A stretch of 64,000 nt of DNA from a virus, in IMG/VR virus record IMGVR_UViG_3300028581_000028, positions 1 through 64,000 of that record; one strand, 5' to 3'. How positions within the stretch are numbered: the stretch's first letter is position 1; each line of letters starts with the position of its first letter. This document shows, one piece after another, positions 17,744-27,058 of this stretch. The notes beneath the pieces are model-generated. The model was not told where the DNA came from and did no database searches. It saw only the letters and a program-made list of their open reading frames with translations. The position numbers and the translations under genes are program-made.

Positions 17744-18607
17744 CTAAACTTTATTTCCGTAATATTGTTGTGCATATTGTTTTGTCAGACCTTGCATAGC
17801 ATCCTCAATCGGACAACCGTGCATATCTTTGTACTCACGCAAATACTTTTTATTGGTATTTAGATACTGTTTACACGCATCATCAAATTCCTTTCGGGTA
17901 AATTTGCCCTCGATTTTATTTGCAAAATTGTGTATGTAAACAAAAAACCGCTTGTCGCCACCGAAGTATCTGTTATTAACGATTAACTGGGCTATTTTAA
18001 ATAATGTAGGGTTACTTACTTTGCCCTTAATATCGTTTACGTTATCTGCTTGGTAATGCATCCTTACCCAGCGACTATTTTGCCAAATTCTCGGTTCTAC
18101 TGGTCTTAAAGACTGGTACGAAATCAAAACATCAACTGCACGATGCCTTAAGTTTACAATACCACCAACGATCTCTTCCATGAAGGTAACTGATAGGATG
18201 TAGGTGTTTATATCCTCCAGTACAAGCATACCGTTTTTGTAAATCTTTAACAAGTACTCTACCGCCTCTTTCTTTTCTTTAATACCCAAGTTTTTAGCAT
18301 CAATCCTTCGGCATTCTATAATATCCGAGTGACACCATTTTTCCACATCTGACAAAGCGATCCTTCGTACCTCGAAATTCTCGATATCGTTTTTCGCAAA
18401 TTGTTCTTTTGTGTACTCCCCATTGGTGTCGAAAATTAAACATTTTCTACCCTTTACTTTATTATAAAACTTATCCTTAACGTACTCTCGGATAACGTAC
18501 ATATTAAGATAGGTTTTTCCGACTCCTTGTATCCCCGTACAAGTCATCATACCAGCCTCTCTTGTGCCGACTGGCTTTATTTTATTCATTACTTCTTTCG
18601 ACTGCAT
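17744..18607 (-). CDS. A32/P9-like genome packaging ATPase (FtsK-HerA superfamily)
   Basis: Walker A GIQGVGKT, LIFD, Walker B MLVLED, and LRHRAVDVLISYQ (Arg finger RH plus strand-ending Q) in a 287-aa standalone protein. Confidence 0.75.
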   Translation of the reverse strand: MQSKEVMNKIKPVGTREAGMMTCTGIQGVGKTYLNMYVIREYVKDKFYNKVKGRKCLIFDTNGEYTKEQFAKNDIENFEVRRIALSDVEKWCHSDIIECRRIDAKNLGIKEKKEAVEYLLKIYKNGMLVLEDINTYILSVTFMEEIVGGIVNLRHRAVDVLISYQSLRPVEPRIWQNSRWVRMHYQADNVNDIKGKVSNPTLFKIAQLIVNNRYFGGDKRFFVYIHNFANKIEGKFTRKEFDDACKQYLNTNKKYLREYKDMHGCPIEDAMQGLTKQYAQQYYGNKV

Positions 18608-18611
18608 AATT

Positions 18612-19805
18612 TTAAGATGTTGTCGCTAAAGATGTTGTATCCGCATTATTGTTTTCGCCTCCCCCAGCTTCGCCCTCTCCCCCAGCTTCATCGGTTTTAG
18701 TTGCTGGATTCTCGTGATCGGTCTGTTCCTCTTCGTGATATTCTTGGGATTGCGTATTCCGTTGCTCCATTTTCATCTCTTTGAGCTGGGTAATTACGTT
18801 TTGAATTTGTTGTCCCATTGCGTAAGCCTTAACTCCCAGCCCGATTACGATTGTAGTCACTGCGTTGATTATAAGCTCTTGCATTGGCGTTGGTGCAATG
18901 CCCTTTTCAAGCATTACTTCATATAAGCTATCAGCCAAGTCATCCTCATCCATTTGGCTTATCTTAAACGATTCGTCTGCCAGTCTAACTTGACTTTTAA
19001 ACCATTGTTTAACTGTAGCGGTTTGGTTGTCCTCAAGAGTTAAAAGGATTTTTAAATCGATTGTATCCTGTAGTTCGTATTCGATTAATTTATCATCCGT
19101 GATATCTTTGGTAACCCACCAAATACAGCCCATCTCGGATAATTTACAGACCGCCCTTACAATAGTCTTGGCAAACTTTTTGGTGCTTTTGCGTTTTTTC
19201 TTTTCGTCCATACTATCGAATTCTGGATTAACTGGATCGGGCTTAGAGTCCTTCTCTTTTTTATCCTTGTTATTCCCCGATCCCGATCCGCCTCCGCCCT
19301 TCTTTCCGCCATCGCTTTTGCCCTCGTCCTTTGGCATTTCGAAGCTCTCCCCAAATGTTGTTGGCTCGTTAAAATTGGTTTGACCAGTATTGCTTGACTT
19401 TTCGCCCTCCCGTTGCATTCCAGTATCCATCACGTAATCTCGTACTATTGGAGCTTCACGGTTTAAAGGATCAATATCAGACGAATAAGTATCATCGTGT
19501 TCGGTTTCTTCACCACCGCCACCGTTGTCTGTATTGTGTTCTTTCTCGCTGGATGATTCGCTGGTTTTCTCTTCCGTGTTTTGTTCTGTTTTAGTACCCT
19601 CTGCCTTTGATCCAACTTCCTCGAAATGTGTTTCATCAATAGTATATTCATCATACAATTTTTGCAACTCTCCAAAATTGGTCGCTGGATGAAATTTATC
19701 GAGATTTATACCCTTTTTTTCAAGTGCATCTTGTATCGCCTTAATGTACTTTCTCTCCTTGTAGTTAAGGTTTCCTTTTTTAACATAAATCCTTGAGTTC
19801 GACAT
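18612..19805 (-). CDS. Acidic protein with a hydrophobic helix, directly upstream of the ATPase
   Basis: Low-complexity linkers; LIINAVTTIVIGLGV helix; N-terminal domain repeated in 23448..24548. Confidence 0.7.
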   Translation of the reverse strand: MSNSRIYVKKGNLNYKERKYIKAIQDALEKKGINLDKFHPATNFGELQKLYDEYTIDETHFEEVGSKAEGTKTEQNTEEKTSESSSEKEHNTDNGGGGEETEHDDTYSSDIDPLNREAPIVRDYVMDTGMQREGEKSSNTGQTNFNEPTTFGESFEMPKDEGKSDGGKKGGGGSGSGNNKDKKEKDSKPDPVNPEFDSMDEKKKRKSTKKFAKTIVRAVCKLSEMGCIWWVTKDITDDKLIEYELQDTIDLKILLTLEDNQTATVKQWFKSQVRLADESFKISQMDEDDLADSLYEVMLEKGIAPTPMQELIINAVTTIVIGLGVKAYAMGQQIQNVITQLKEMKMEQRNTQSQEYHEEEQTDHENPATKTDEAGGEGEAGGGENNNADTTSLATTS

Positions 19806-19819
19806 ATATTGTTTTTTAA

Positions 19820-20281
19820 TTATTCTTTATTTTGTAGTTTTTTCATAACTCTCTCCCTTAACATTTCGATTGATTCGATCAACTCCCTATCGGGCTTGAT
19901 GTTGTTGTCAAGGTTTTTATACATCTTAATTGCCGATCCCACCGTATTGTGATATTTAAAATGGAATATCGTTTTGGCTATGTATCTCGTGGATAGCCCC
20001 AGCGTATAATGTAATAAACAGAAAGCTACTTGTCTGGGCTTGGTTACATTTGGGTTTGACTTGCTATACACAAGTGCGTTAAAACTGATTTTATATGTTT
20101 CGCATACCAGCTCTAAAATATACTTCTCCGCATAATGCGTATCCTCTTTTTTGTTTATTGCGGTAACCAGAAAGTTGTTAAACTCTGGTACGGTGTAATG
20201 TTTAAGAACCTCAACTATATTTTTTAATAGTTGCTGGATTTCGGAATCTTGTAACTTTTTCGCATCCATCGTTATCTCCAT
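19820..20281 (-). CDS. DnaA C-terminal (domain IV) HTH-like protein
   Basis: ILELVCETYKIS...VTKPRQVAFCLL...LSTRYIA...HNTV pattern. Confidence 0.7.
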   Translation of the reverse strand: MEITMDAKKLQDSEIQQLLKNIVEVLKHYTVPEFNNFLVTAINKKEDTHYAEKYILELVCETYKISFNALVYSKSNPNVTKPRQVAFCLLHYTLGLSTRYIAKTIFHFKYHNTVGSAIKMYKNLDNNIKPDRELIESIEMLRERVMKKLQNKE

Positions 20282-20345
20282 AAACTATTTTGATGTTTTT
20301 ACTGATCGCAACCTATACTTACCATAATTTTGCCTTGTATTTTTA

Positions 20346-20411
20346 CAAATATATACAATTTAGGTGTACATAACTCTAATGTTGATAAATCTTAAAAACA
20401 ACCTAACTTTG
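20346..20411. promoter_or_regulatory. Divergent Bacteroidota-type promoters
   Basis: TATATTTG on minus (20346-20353) and TAACTTTG on plus (20404-20411). Confidence 0.55.
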
Positions 20412-20436
20412 TTTTTGTTAATAAATATGTGAATAT

Positions 20437-20754
20437 ATGGAAGGTATTACAAAGACAGATACGAAACAGTCAGAGGATTTCAACAAAAACGAAAAACAAC
20501 TAAACTTCAATCGGATCAAGGGTACAATTACCGAACTTAACGATGGCGAGAAGTTTTGCTCTATCACCCTCAATATCGGACACGAAAATATCCGCCAAGT
20601 AAACTTGGTTATAAAGAAAAATGGCTTTGATGCCATTACCAGTAAATTCAAAATTGGGCAGAAGGTGTTTGCGACTTTTTATCTCACCAGCCGATTTAAA
20701 AATGGTCGCTGGTACACAATGGCAAACGTATTATCGATTGAGGATACTGCTTAA
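20437..20754 (+). CDS. OB-fold, SSB-like protein (DUF3127-like)
   Basis: IKGTITEL...F.LTSR...GRWYT motif; only credible plus-strand gene; has its own promoter box. Confidence 0.6.
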   Translation: MEGITKTDTKQSEDFNKNEKQLNFNRIKGTITELNDGEKFCSITLNIGHENIRQVNLVIKKNGFDAITSKFKIGQKVFATFYLTSRFKNGRWYTMANVLSIEDTA

Positions 20755-21119
20755 GGTGATATCACAAAAAATGCCAATCCCTCTGCACACTTTTTAATTG
20801 AACTTGCCCTCTCGTTGAGACTTTTTATCTGGGCTTCAATAACATCTCGGCTATTTGATACATAGTACCCCTTTGATGTTGCTATTAATGGCAATAAAGA
20901 GTTGCTCCTAATATGATTAACGCATTTGCGTAATCTGGGTTCGGTCATCTTTATTTTTTTACCCTTTTTTACAAGGTACAAGTTCATATTACTTACGATC
21001 TGGGGAGCTTTGATCGGATTAGCCTCCGTGTGCGTTTTAAAGCCCTCAACCAGTATAGGTATTAACTCAAGCTCTAATTCGTTTAATTCGGCTGTAATAT
21101 CCTCGAAATTAGTTATCAT
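20751..21119 (-). CDS. Winged-HTH DNA-binding protein
   Basis: EPRLRKCVNHIR...LIATSKGYY. Confidence 0.6.
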   Translation of the reverse strand: MITNFEDITAELNELELELIPILVEGFKTHTEANPIKAPQIVSNMNLYLVKKGKKIKMTEPRLRKCVNHIRSNSLLPLIATSKGYYVSNSRDVIEAQIKSLNERASSIKKCAEGLAFFVISP

Positions 21120-21891
21120 TTGTCAACTGTATTTATCACCTTTATTTCGTAATCGATATGTCTGCCTTTGTGTATCCCAGTATTAATTAAGTTGCAGATA
21201 TCCTCGTAAAGTAATGGCATATCCCCAAATTCTGTATCGTAAATAACGAGATCGTATCTACCAACGTGCATCCGAGTAGCCTTATAATGTTTTTTTATTG
21301 ATAATAATTCAAGCTCGACTGGGTTTACGCTTCGATCCTCGCATCGAAACCAAATCTTTTTGCCGATTAACTTTTCTGGGCAGAAGGTATCTTCCATAAT
21401 CACTCGGTTCTTGTTTCTATAAAATGCACCCCAGATACCGAGCTATCAAAAGCACCGTTTAATAGCTTGTATAGTTTTGTAAGGGCTGGGTACTCGTCTG
21501 TAAAAAACATCTTACCATCCGTTGCCTTGTTGATTTCGTTTTTCAACTGGAGTGCGTAGTCTTTCGATATGCCCTCAATGTCGGCTTTCGTTACTCTTAA
21601 TTGCATTTTGCTTATTGTTAATTATTTAATGGTAATTTTATCTAACTGAAAACTATATGTAATAGTCTTAATTGTATTATGTGGGATTGCAAGGCTAAAT
21701 GGCTTTAGTGTTTTATCCATTGGCAATCCGCAAAAGGTAGAATTAATATAATCATAAAATATCCTCATTAACAAAGAGGCATCTTTTTTTTCTTCTATTT
21801 TAAACTTTATAGATACATATCCACCCTTAGGTAGCATACAGTTAAGCCTTGTATCTGGAGTTTGTGTTTTAATACTGATTATACTTAACAT
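21116..21891 (-). CDS. Three small hypothetical proteins (21116..21403, 21400..21606, 21622..21891)
   Basis: Abutting ORFs. Confidence 0.5.
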
Positions 21892-21902
21892 ACTATTTAT
21901 TT

Positions 21903-22394
21903 TTAGTTTAACTTATTTATTTTTGCCTTATTCCCAAAACATTTTATTGCGTACTCGTTATATGCTTTTACTGCATCTATTTCGTTTTCAAAATACCCTA
22001 TATGAATAAGTTTGCCATCAAACTTTATTCTGGCTAAATAACGGGCTGGGCGAAAGGATACCCCAATATACTTAGAGGTCTTTTCCCTACCGATTTGTGT
22101 TTTTGAGTTTTTTTGAGTGTTGTCTGATCTTCTGATGTATATTAAATTTTCCTTTAGGCAGTTTAATGTATTGCCATCTTTAAAACATATTTGCCAATGT
22201 CTGCTAACTGGCAAACCAATTACCAACTGGTGTAAATATGTTCTAATACTATGCCCCATTAATGTTCTGGATGTTCTGGCATAAAACTTCTTTTTAACTC
22301 TGGAAGCGTGAAACGGAACATCGTGATACTTTTCATAAATATCATCATCTATTAACGCTTTTTGGTTTTGAGTTAAGGGTAAATATTTTGCCAT
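21903..22394 (-). CDS. HNH-AP2 homing-endonuclease-like protein
   Basis: LHQLV...DGNTLN...ENL, then SKYIGV...IHIGYF...AVKAYN (AP2 domain). Confidence 0.75.
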   Translation of the reverse strand: MAKYLPLTQNQKALIDDDIYEKYHDVPFHASRVKKKFYARTSRTLMGHSIRTYLHQLVIGLPVSRHWQICFKDGNTLNCLKENLIYIRRSDNTQKNSKTQIGREKTSKYIGVSFRPARYLARIKFDGKLIHIGYFENEIDAVKAYNEYAIKCFGNKAKINKLN

Positions 22395-22400
22395 TGCAAA

Positions 22401-23439
22401 TTATCTTTTTTCAGTTGGTTTTGGTTGTTTTTCAGATATGGACTTTAGCCAGTACATAATAACCCCATCAAACTTTACTCTTTCTGTTAAAGAGTGTATC
22501 GGGAGGTTTATATCCATCTGTTTAAAGATATTCCAAAGAGTATCCATATTGGCTGGGGTTACCGCAACATTAATTGTTTCGGTGTATCTTTTGTCTGTAT
22601 TTACGTTAAAATCCATACCGTTAAATATTGCGGATATTATCCCAGTTTTTTAGAAAGGCGATCATCAAAGCATAATCACAATGACCACCACCGTTTTCGT
22701 TTTCTATCTGAATGTATGTTCCAATCGTGTGTTGGATTACAAGCGTGTACTCACGGTTTGTTTCGTACCCACAAGAACCGTTTTGTCCCCTAAAAATTGC
22801 TTTTACTTTTTTCATTTTGCTTATTGTTAATTATATTATTAATTATTTACAGAATTTGATCCCTCCTATGTTCAAAACAGTTTTGCATATCCACTTGGCA
22901 AGTATTTGGGATAAAGGTTACTGGCTTGTTTAACTTACTGCAGACTCCGTACTGGATCATAACCTCTGATTTATCGAACTGAAACTTCATTTTATCGGCT
23001 TCGGTCAATAGGGCATCCCAGCGTTCCAGATCGTAGTATCGATCCTTGTACCATTTTGCCTTTTGGATGAGTTTATTTTTAATGGTCGTAAAGTAGTCAA
23101 ATTGCCATTTATGGTGTGCCTCTTGCGATGCCTTAAACTTTTCGATATCACGTTGTAAATGTTTACAGTCGTTGCAATTGCAATCAATTTTCTGGAGCAG
23201 TATAAGACTCTCTTTATCCACGATTAAAAATCTTTAAATTGTTGCTTTGCTTTATCTAATTTATTTAGCCATTCGTTGAGTTTTTTCTTTGACCATTCTT
23301 GGCGATTAGATAACTCCTCTGATGCCTCGCTGTATCTGGTATAAAGGATTACGTTATCCTTGCATTTTTTCAAGTAAGCGAGTAGCCGATTGCCTTCTGA
23401 TACCCGTGTTTTTAACACCTCTAATTCTTGCTCCGTCAT
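22401..23439 (-). CDS. Four small hypothetical proteins (22401..22616, 22621..22815, 22847..23221, 23224..23439)
   Basis: Abutting ORFs; 22847..23221 is Cys-rich. Confidence 0.55.
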
Positions 23440-23447
23440 ATCGCTGG

Positions 23448-24548
23448 TTATTCAAAATCGGTTGCTTGAACATCTACCTTTGCGGATACCTTTGCGACTA
23501 TCTTGGCTATATAAACACCATCGGATGGGAATACGCATTGTCTGGCAAATTCCTTCGCTTTATCTATGTCTAAGCAAGTCATTAATATTACCCCCTTTTC
23601 AAGTACAACATACTGGTGACCATCTTTGCCAAGTGTTTCTGGCTTACTTAATCCATTTTTAACCTCATCTGTAAAACTGGGTTCTTTTTCAAACTTTACT
23701 TTTTTAGTTCTACTCCGTGCAATAGATTTACTGTTTTGCTGGGCTTCGGCTACAAATTCCATCGAGTCTTGCTTTATTAAGGCTTCGACACAATTAATCT
23801 GCTTATCCTCAGTTTCGTAAATACGTTTAACGGTAATCTTATCGTGTAGCTCGACTAATTCTTTAAAGTTATTTGCTGGTTTTAAACGATGAAGGTTATA
23901 ATTATTCTTTGCGAGTGCATATTTTATGTCTTTAATATACTGCCTTTCTTTATAATTAAAATTGCCCTTTTTAGTATAAATCTGGGAGTTTGTAGTCATC
24001 TTTTTATTAGTTGAAGCCTCCCTTATGTTATCAAATATTTTTTTTGCCCTAATGGTGCTAATCGAGTCAACCCGTGATTTGTACGTTGCTTGTGCAATTC
24101 TTTTAATGTACCCCAGCCTTATTGCGTAAGTAAGCACCGCCTTGTTTACTTTGTATTTTGCGATAATAGAGTCTTGTACAGATGAGGCAATGTATCCACC
24201 GTTATCCAGCATTAAAATAATAAAATCGTTGAGGCATTCTTTAATATCATCAACCCTTTTCCCGTAGGTTTCTTTGTTGTGTGTACGCTTCGGCTTCATT
24301 GCGTATGCCTTTTGGCTCTCCTCGAAGTTATCTGCGATTGGGGGTGCAAAATCTTCGCCCTCTGGAGTTATTACATAAAGCCCGATTTTTTCTCTGCGTA
24401 GCAACCCCTTGTTTTTCATCTCAAATAGTAGGGTGTTTGCATAACTACTGCTTGATTTGAGTACTTTTTGGACTACGGTTGCGTTAATAGTCTTTTTTGG
24501 CTGACTACGAATGTAGAGGACTACTTTTTCTGCGTTTTCTTTGTTCAT
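23448..24548 (-). CDS. Multi-domain DNA-binding-like protein (N-terminal wHTH) carrying a copy of the 18612..19805 N-terminal domain
   Basis: wHTH-like N-terminus; aa ~184-239 similar to aa 1-55 of 18612..19805. Confidence 0.65.
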   Translation of the reverse strand: MNKENAEKVVLYIRSQPKKTINATVVQKVLKSSSSYANTLLFEMKNKGLLRREKIGLYVITPEGEDFAPPIADNFEESQKAYAMKPKRTHNKETYGKRVDDIKECLNDFIILMLDNGGYIASSVQDSIIAKYKVNKAVLTYAIRLGYIKRIAQATYKSRVDSISTIRAKKIFDNIREASTNKKMTTNSQIYTKKGNFNYKERQYIKDIKYALAKNNYNLHRLKPANNFKELVELHDKITVKRIYETEDKQINCVEALIKQDSMEFVAEAQQNSKSIARSRTKKVKFEKEPSFTDEVKNGLSKPETLGKDGHQYVVLEKGVILMTCLDIDKAKEFARQCVFPSDGVYIAKIVAKVSAKVDVQATDFE

Positions 24549-24573
24549 ACTTATTCATGTTGGTTATACTTAT

Positions 24574-24798
24574 TTATGTTATTTTTTTAGGCTTTAAAAT
24601 AGTAACTTTTGTTTTTCCATCAGAAAAGTCGTGATTTTCCACCGTGTATCCCAGCGATAAATAGTGTTCTTTAAAATATTCGATTGATGCGTATTTATCA
24701 TTTTCCTTGTGAACATTAAACACAATACCAACACCATCGACCACCAGCGTCCCCATATTGCTATCGTTTAATATTTTACATAGTTTTTTATCCGACAT
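24574..24798 (-). CDS. Hypothetical protein
   Basis: ATG at 24798 lies just downstream of a promoter box. Confidence 0.55.
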   Translation of the reverse strand: MSDKKLCKILNDSNMGTLVVDGVGIVFNVHKENDKYASIEYFKEHYLSLGYTVENHDFSDGKTKVTILKPKKIT

Positions 24799-24807
24799 AC
24801 GCTTTAT

Positions 24808-24847
24808 TATGTTGCACAAATATACAACATATTTATCAGATTGCAAG
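24808..24847 (-). promoter_or_regulatory. Promoter with the -7 box inside an inverted repeat
   Basis: CTTG-19 nt-TATATTTG; TATGTTG...CAACATA flanks the box. Confidence 0.65.
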
Positions 24848-24885
24848 TCTTTCGAACAATATTTTGTTGATAAAGTTGGATATTG

Positions 24886-25497
24886 CTATGCTATTGCGTT
24901 ATCTATTGCACTTCCTATTTGTTTATAAATAGGAAGATTTGAGTGTGGATCGGCTACCTTGCCTATTGCTGGATCAAGTACCGTTGCTCCATTTTGCTTA
25001 AACTTGTCGTAATACTTATTGACCGTAGCCTCTGTAATGTTTTTATTATTACCCCATCCCCACGATCCTTTTACGACATAATACTTAGCTTCTGGGAATG
25101 CTGTTTTTAATGCTGAAAATAGCCCTTTAATATCCTCATTGGGATTAAACCCACCATTAGTACCAATATTAATAACTACACTCCCTACATCGCTACTTGG
25201 GGGATATTTTGCAACTGCGTTTTTAAGCCAACTAAGGCTTTGACCAGCCTTCCAAAGATTTGCCTCCGATCCAGTTTCTCCCAGCTTTACAATTTTTTTA
25301 GAGTTTTTGGCAATAAACGGAGTCTGGGAGTCTCCAATTATAATATTCTTTTTAGTTTTATTAATTACGGGTTGAGATTCATCAGCTTTACCCTTTTGCT
25401 TTGTTTTTTCGTAATAAACAAGCCCAGCAACTGCCAGTACCAATATAGCACCAGATATATAGTAAGCGTTTTTAGTAAACCAGTTCTCTTTACCCAT
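24886..25497 (-). CDS. Membrane-anchored SGNH/GDSL-like esterase
   Basis: N-terminal TM; IIGDSQ, IGTNG and DPH blocks. Confidence 0.7.
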   Translation of the reverse strand: MGKENWFTKNAYYISGAILVLAVAGLVYYEKTKQKGKADESQPVINKTKKNIIIGDSQTPFIAKNSKKIVKLGETGSEANLWKAGQSLSWLKNAVAKYPPSSDVGSVVINIGTNGGFNPNEDIKGLFSALKTAFPEAKYYVVKGSWGWGNNKNITEATVNKYYDKFKQNGATVLDPAIGKVADPHSNLPIYKQIGSAIDNAIA

Positions 25498-25582
25498 AAT
25501 AAACAGTTTTAATTAAACCTTTTATTGAATAAACAATTGCGGTAGTAAATTATTAATACCGCATTATTTAATGTTTTCAAAG

Positions 25583-25768
25583 CTATACTTTAGCTTCTTC
25601 GTGTACTACTTTATTGGCTTCTTCTTTTTGCTTATCTAAGTAAGGCTTTACGACATATCTCCAGCCTAAGTACCCAGCAACTAAAATAACGCCAATCCAA
25701 AGCAGTGTATAATCACCGCCTTTTGTCTGGGTTGCCCCAGCACCACCAGTATCAAATTTTGCAACCAT
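25583..25768 (-). CDS. Small single-TM protein
   Basis: LLWIGVILVAGYLGW. Confidence 0.65.
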   Translation of the reverse strand: MVAKFDTGGAGATQTKGGDYTLLWIGVILVAGYLGWRYVVKPYLDKQKEEANKVVHEEAKV

Positions 25769-25771
25769 AAT

Positions 25772-26365
25772 TTATTTTTTAGAGAGTGTATAAATTTCTT
25801 CACCCGTTTCGAGTAATTTATAATTGGTAGTTTCAACCCCATTCTCCTCGCCATCTTTATAGTGTTCAAATAGGGTATTATAGGTGTTTTTAGCCCTAAC
25901 TTTAATCTCATCGGCAGACCATTTAACCTTGCCAGTCTTAAACATCTCATCGAGTTCTGCTTCGATTTTAATGCCTAATTCTTTATTGGCTTCGGAATTG
26001 TCCCCAGCATTGTTATCGTCCCCAGCATTATCATCAGCTCCAGTATCGTCACCCTGATTGCCCTCGTTATCGTTTAAATCCTCTTTAATTTCATCGGCAT
26101 CGTGAGGAATCTTATCATCGTTTTCGTCTTTTTCGTCCACGAAGTCAAGGATTTCGTTCACAACCCATTTGTCGTTTGCTTTTACTTTAGCAAGGGTGTC
26201 TTTACTGGCTTTTTTGCCTTTAGATTCTGCAGTCGTGATAATTGTTTCGATTTTTTTAATCGTAGCAATACCAATTCTGGCATCCTCTGGGAGATCCGAT
26301 AACTTAAGCTCGTGTTCAGCCATCAGTTTCTCATACGCATACTTATAAACTTTCTCGTCACTCAT
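25772..26365 (-). CDS. Acidic hypothetical protein
   Basis: ORF with a D/N/G-rich linker. Confidence 0.7.
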   Translation of the reverse strand: MSDEKVYKYAYEKLMAEHELKLSDLPEDARIGIATIKKIETIITTAESKGKKASKDTLAKVKANDKWVVNEILDFVDEKDENDDKIPHDADEIKEDLNDNEGNQGDDTGADDNAGDDNNAGDNSEANKELGIKIEAELDEMFKTGKVKWSADEIKVRAKNTYNTLFEHYKDGEENGVETTNYKLLETGEEIYTLSKK

Positions 26366-26409
26366 AATTATTTGTTTTTAAAATATATAAATTGTGTTAC
26401 CTTATTTTT

Positions 26410-27054
26410 TTATGCTTTACCGCCCTTACGGTATCCGTAGTCACCCTCTTCGAACTGGGTGCGAACCATTTTAGGCTTTATGTTTTTCTTTTTTGTGTTT
26501 CCGCCACGTTTTTTCTTTTCCTTTAACGATTCTAAAACCTTTTCCAGTTTTTTAATGGCGAGTTTATACTCGTTAATAAGGGTTTGGATTTCCGATTCTG
26601 TTACTTCGCCTTTTTTAGCACGATTTTCTACGTTTGTAGTTACCTTTTCTGAGGTGCGTTCAACCGCCTCGTGATTTTTTGTTGCTGGACGTTTTTTAGG
26701 TTCGTTCTTACGAGCTTCTGCTCTGGCTTTAGCCTTTGCCTTTTGTGTTCTGGCTTTAGTTAAAAGCTCATCAATGTCGTACCCAGATTTTTTGGCTGAT
26801 TCCTCACGTTTTTCAAGCTCGGCACAATCTGCCTCGCCCTCTTTACGTTTTGGGGCAGAAGCCTTTTCCTTTTTAGCTTTAGGCTCGGATTTGGCTTTAA
26901 CTTTGGTTTCTTTTTTTTCGAGTTCGGCTAATGTTTTTTCCAGTTCATCGATCTCGCCTTTAGCAAAATCCTTTTCATCTTGGGGAACATTGGCATCTGC
27001 GATGAGTTCCTTGTACTCCGCAATTTCTTTTTTAATATCATCAATTTTTGCCAT
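26410..27054 (-). CDS. Lys/Glu-rich protein ending in YRKGGKA
   Basis: Highly charged ORF. Confidence 0.7.
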   Translation of the reverse strand: MAKIDDIKKEIAEYKELIADANVPQDEKDFAKGEIDELEKTLAELEKKETKVKAKSEPKAKKEKASAPKRKEGEADCAELEKREESAKKSGYDIDELLTKARTQKAKAKARAEARKNEPKKRPATKNHEAVERTSEKVTTNVENRAKKGEVTESEIQTLINEYKLAIKKLEKVLESLKEKKKRGGNTKKKNIKPKMVRTQFEEGDYGYRKGGKA

Positions 27055-27058
27055 ATTA

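Noticed and set aside
17744-18607. Terminase large subunit, conjugative VirB4 or Zot ATPase
   Set aside because: Too short, with no nuclease domain, no TM tail and no T4SS genes; the motif pattern fits A32/P9-type better
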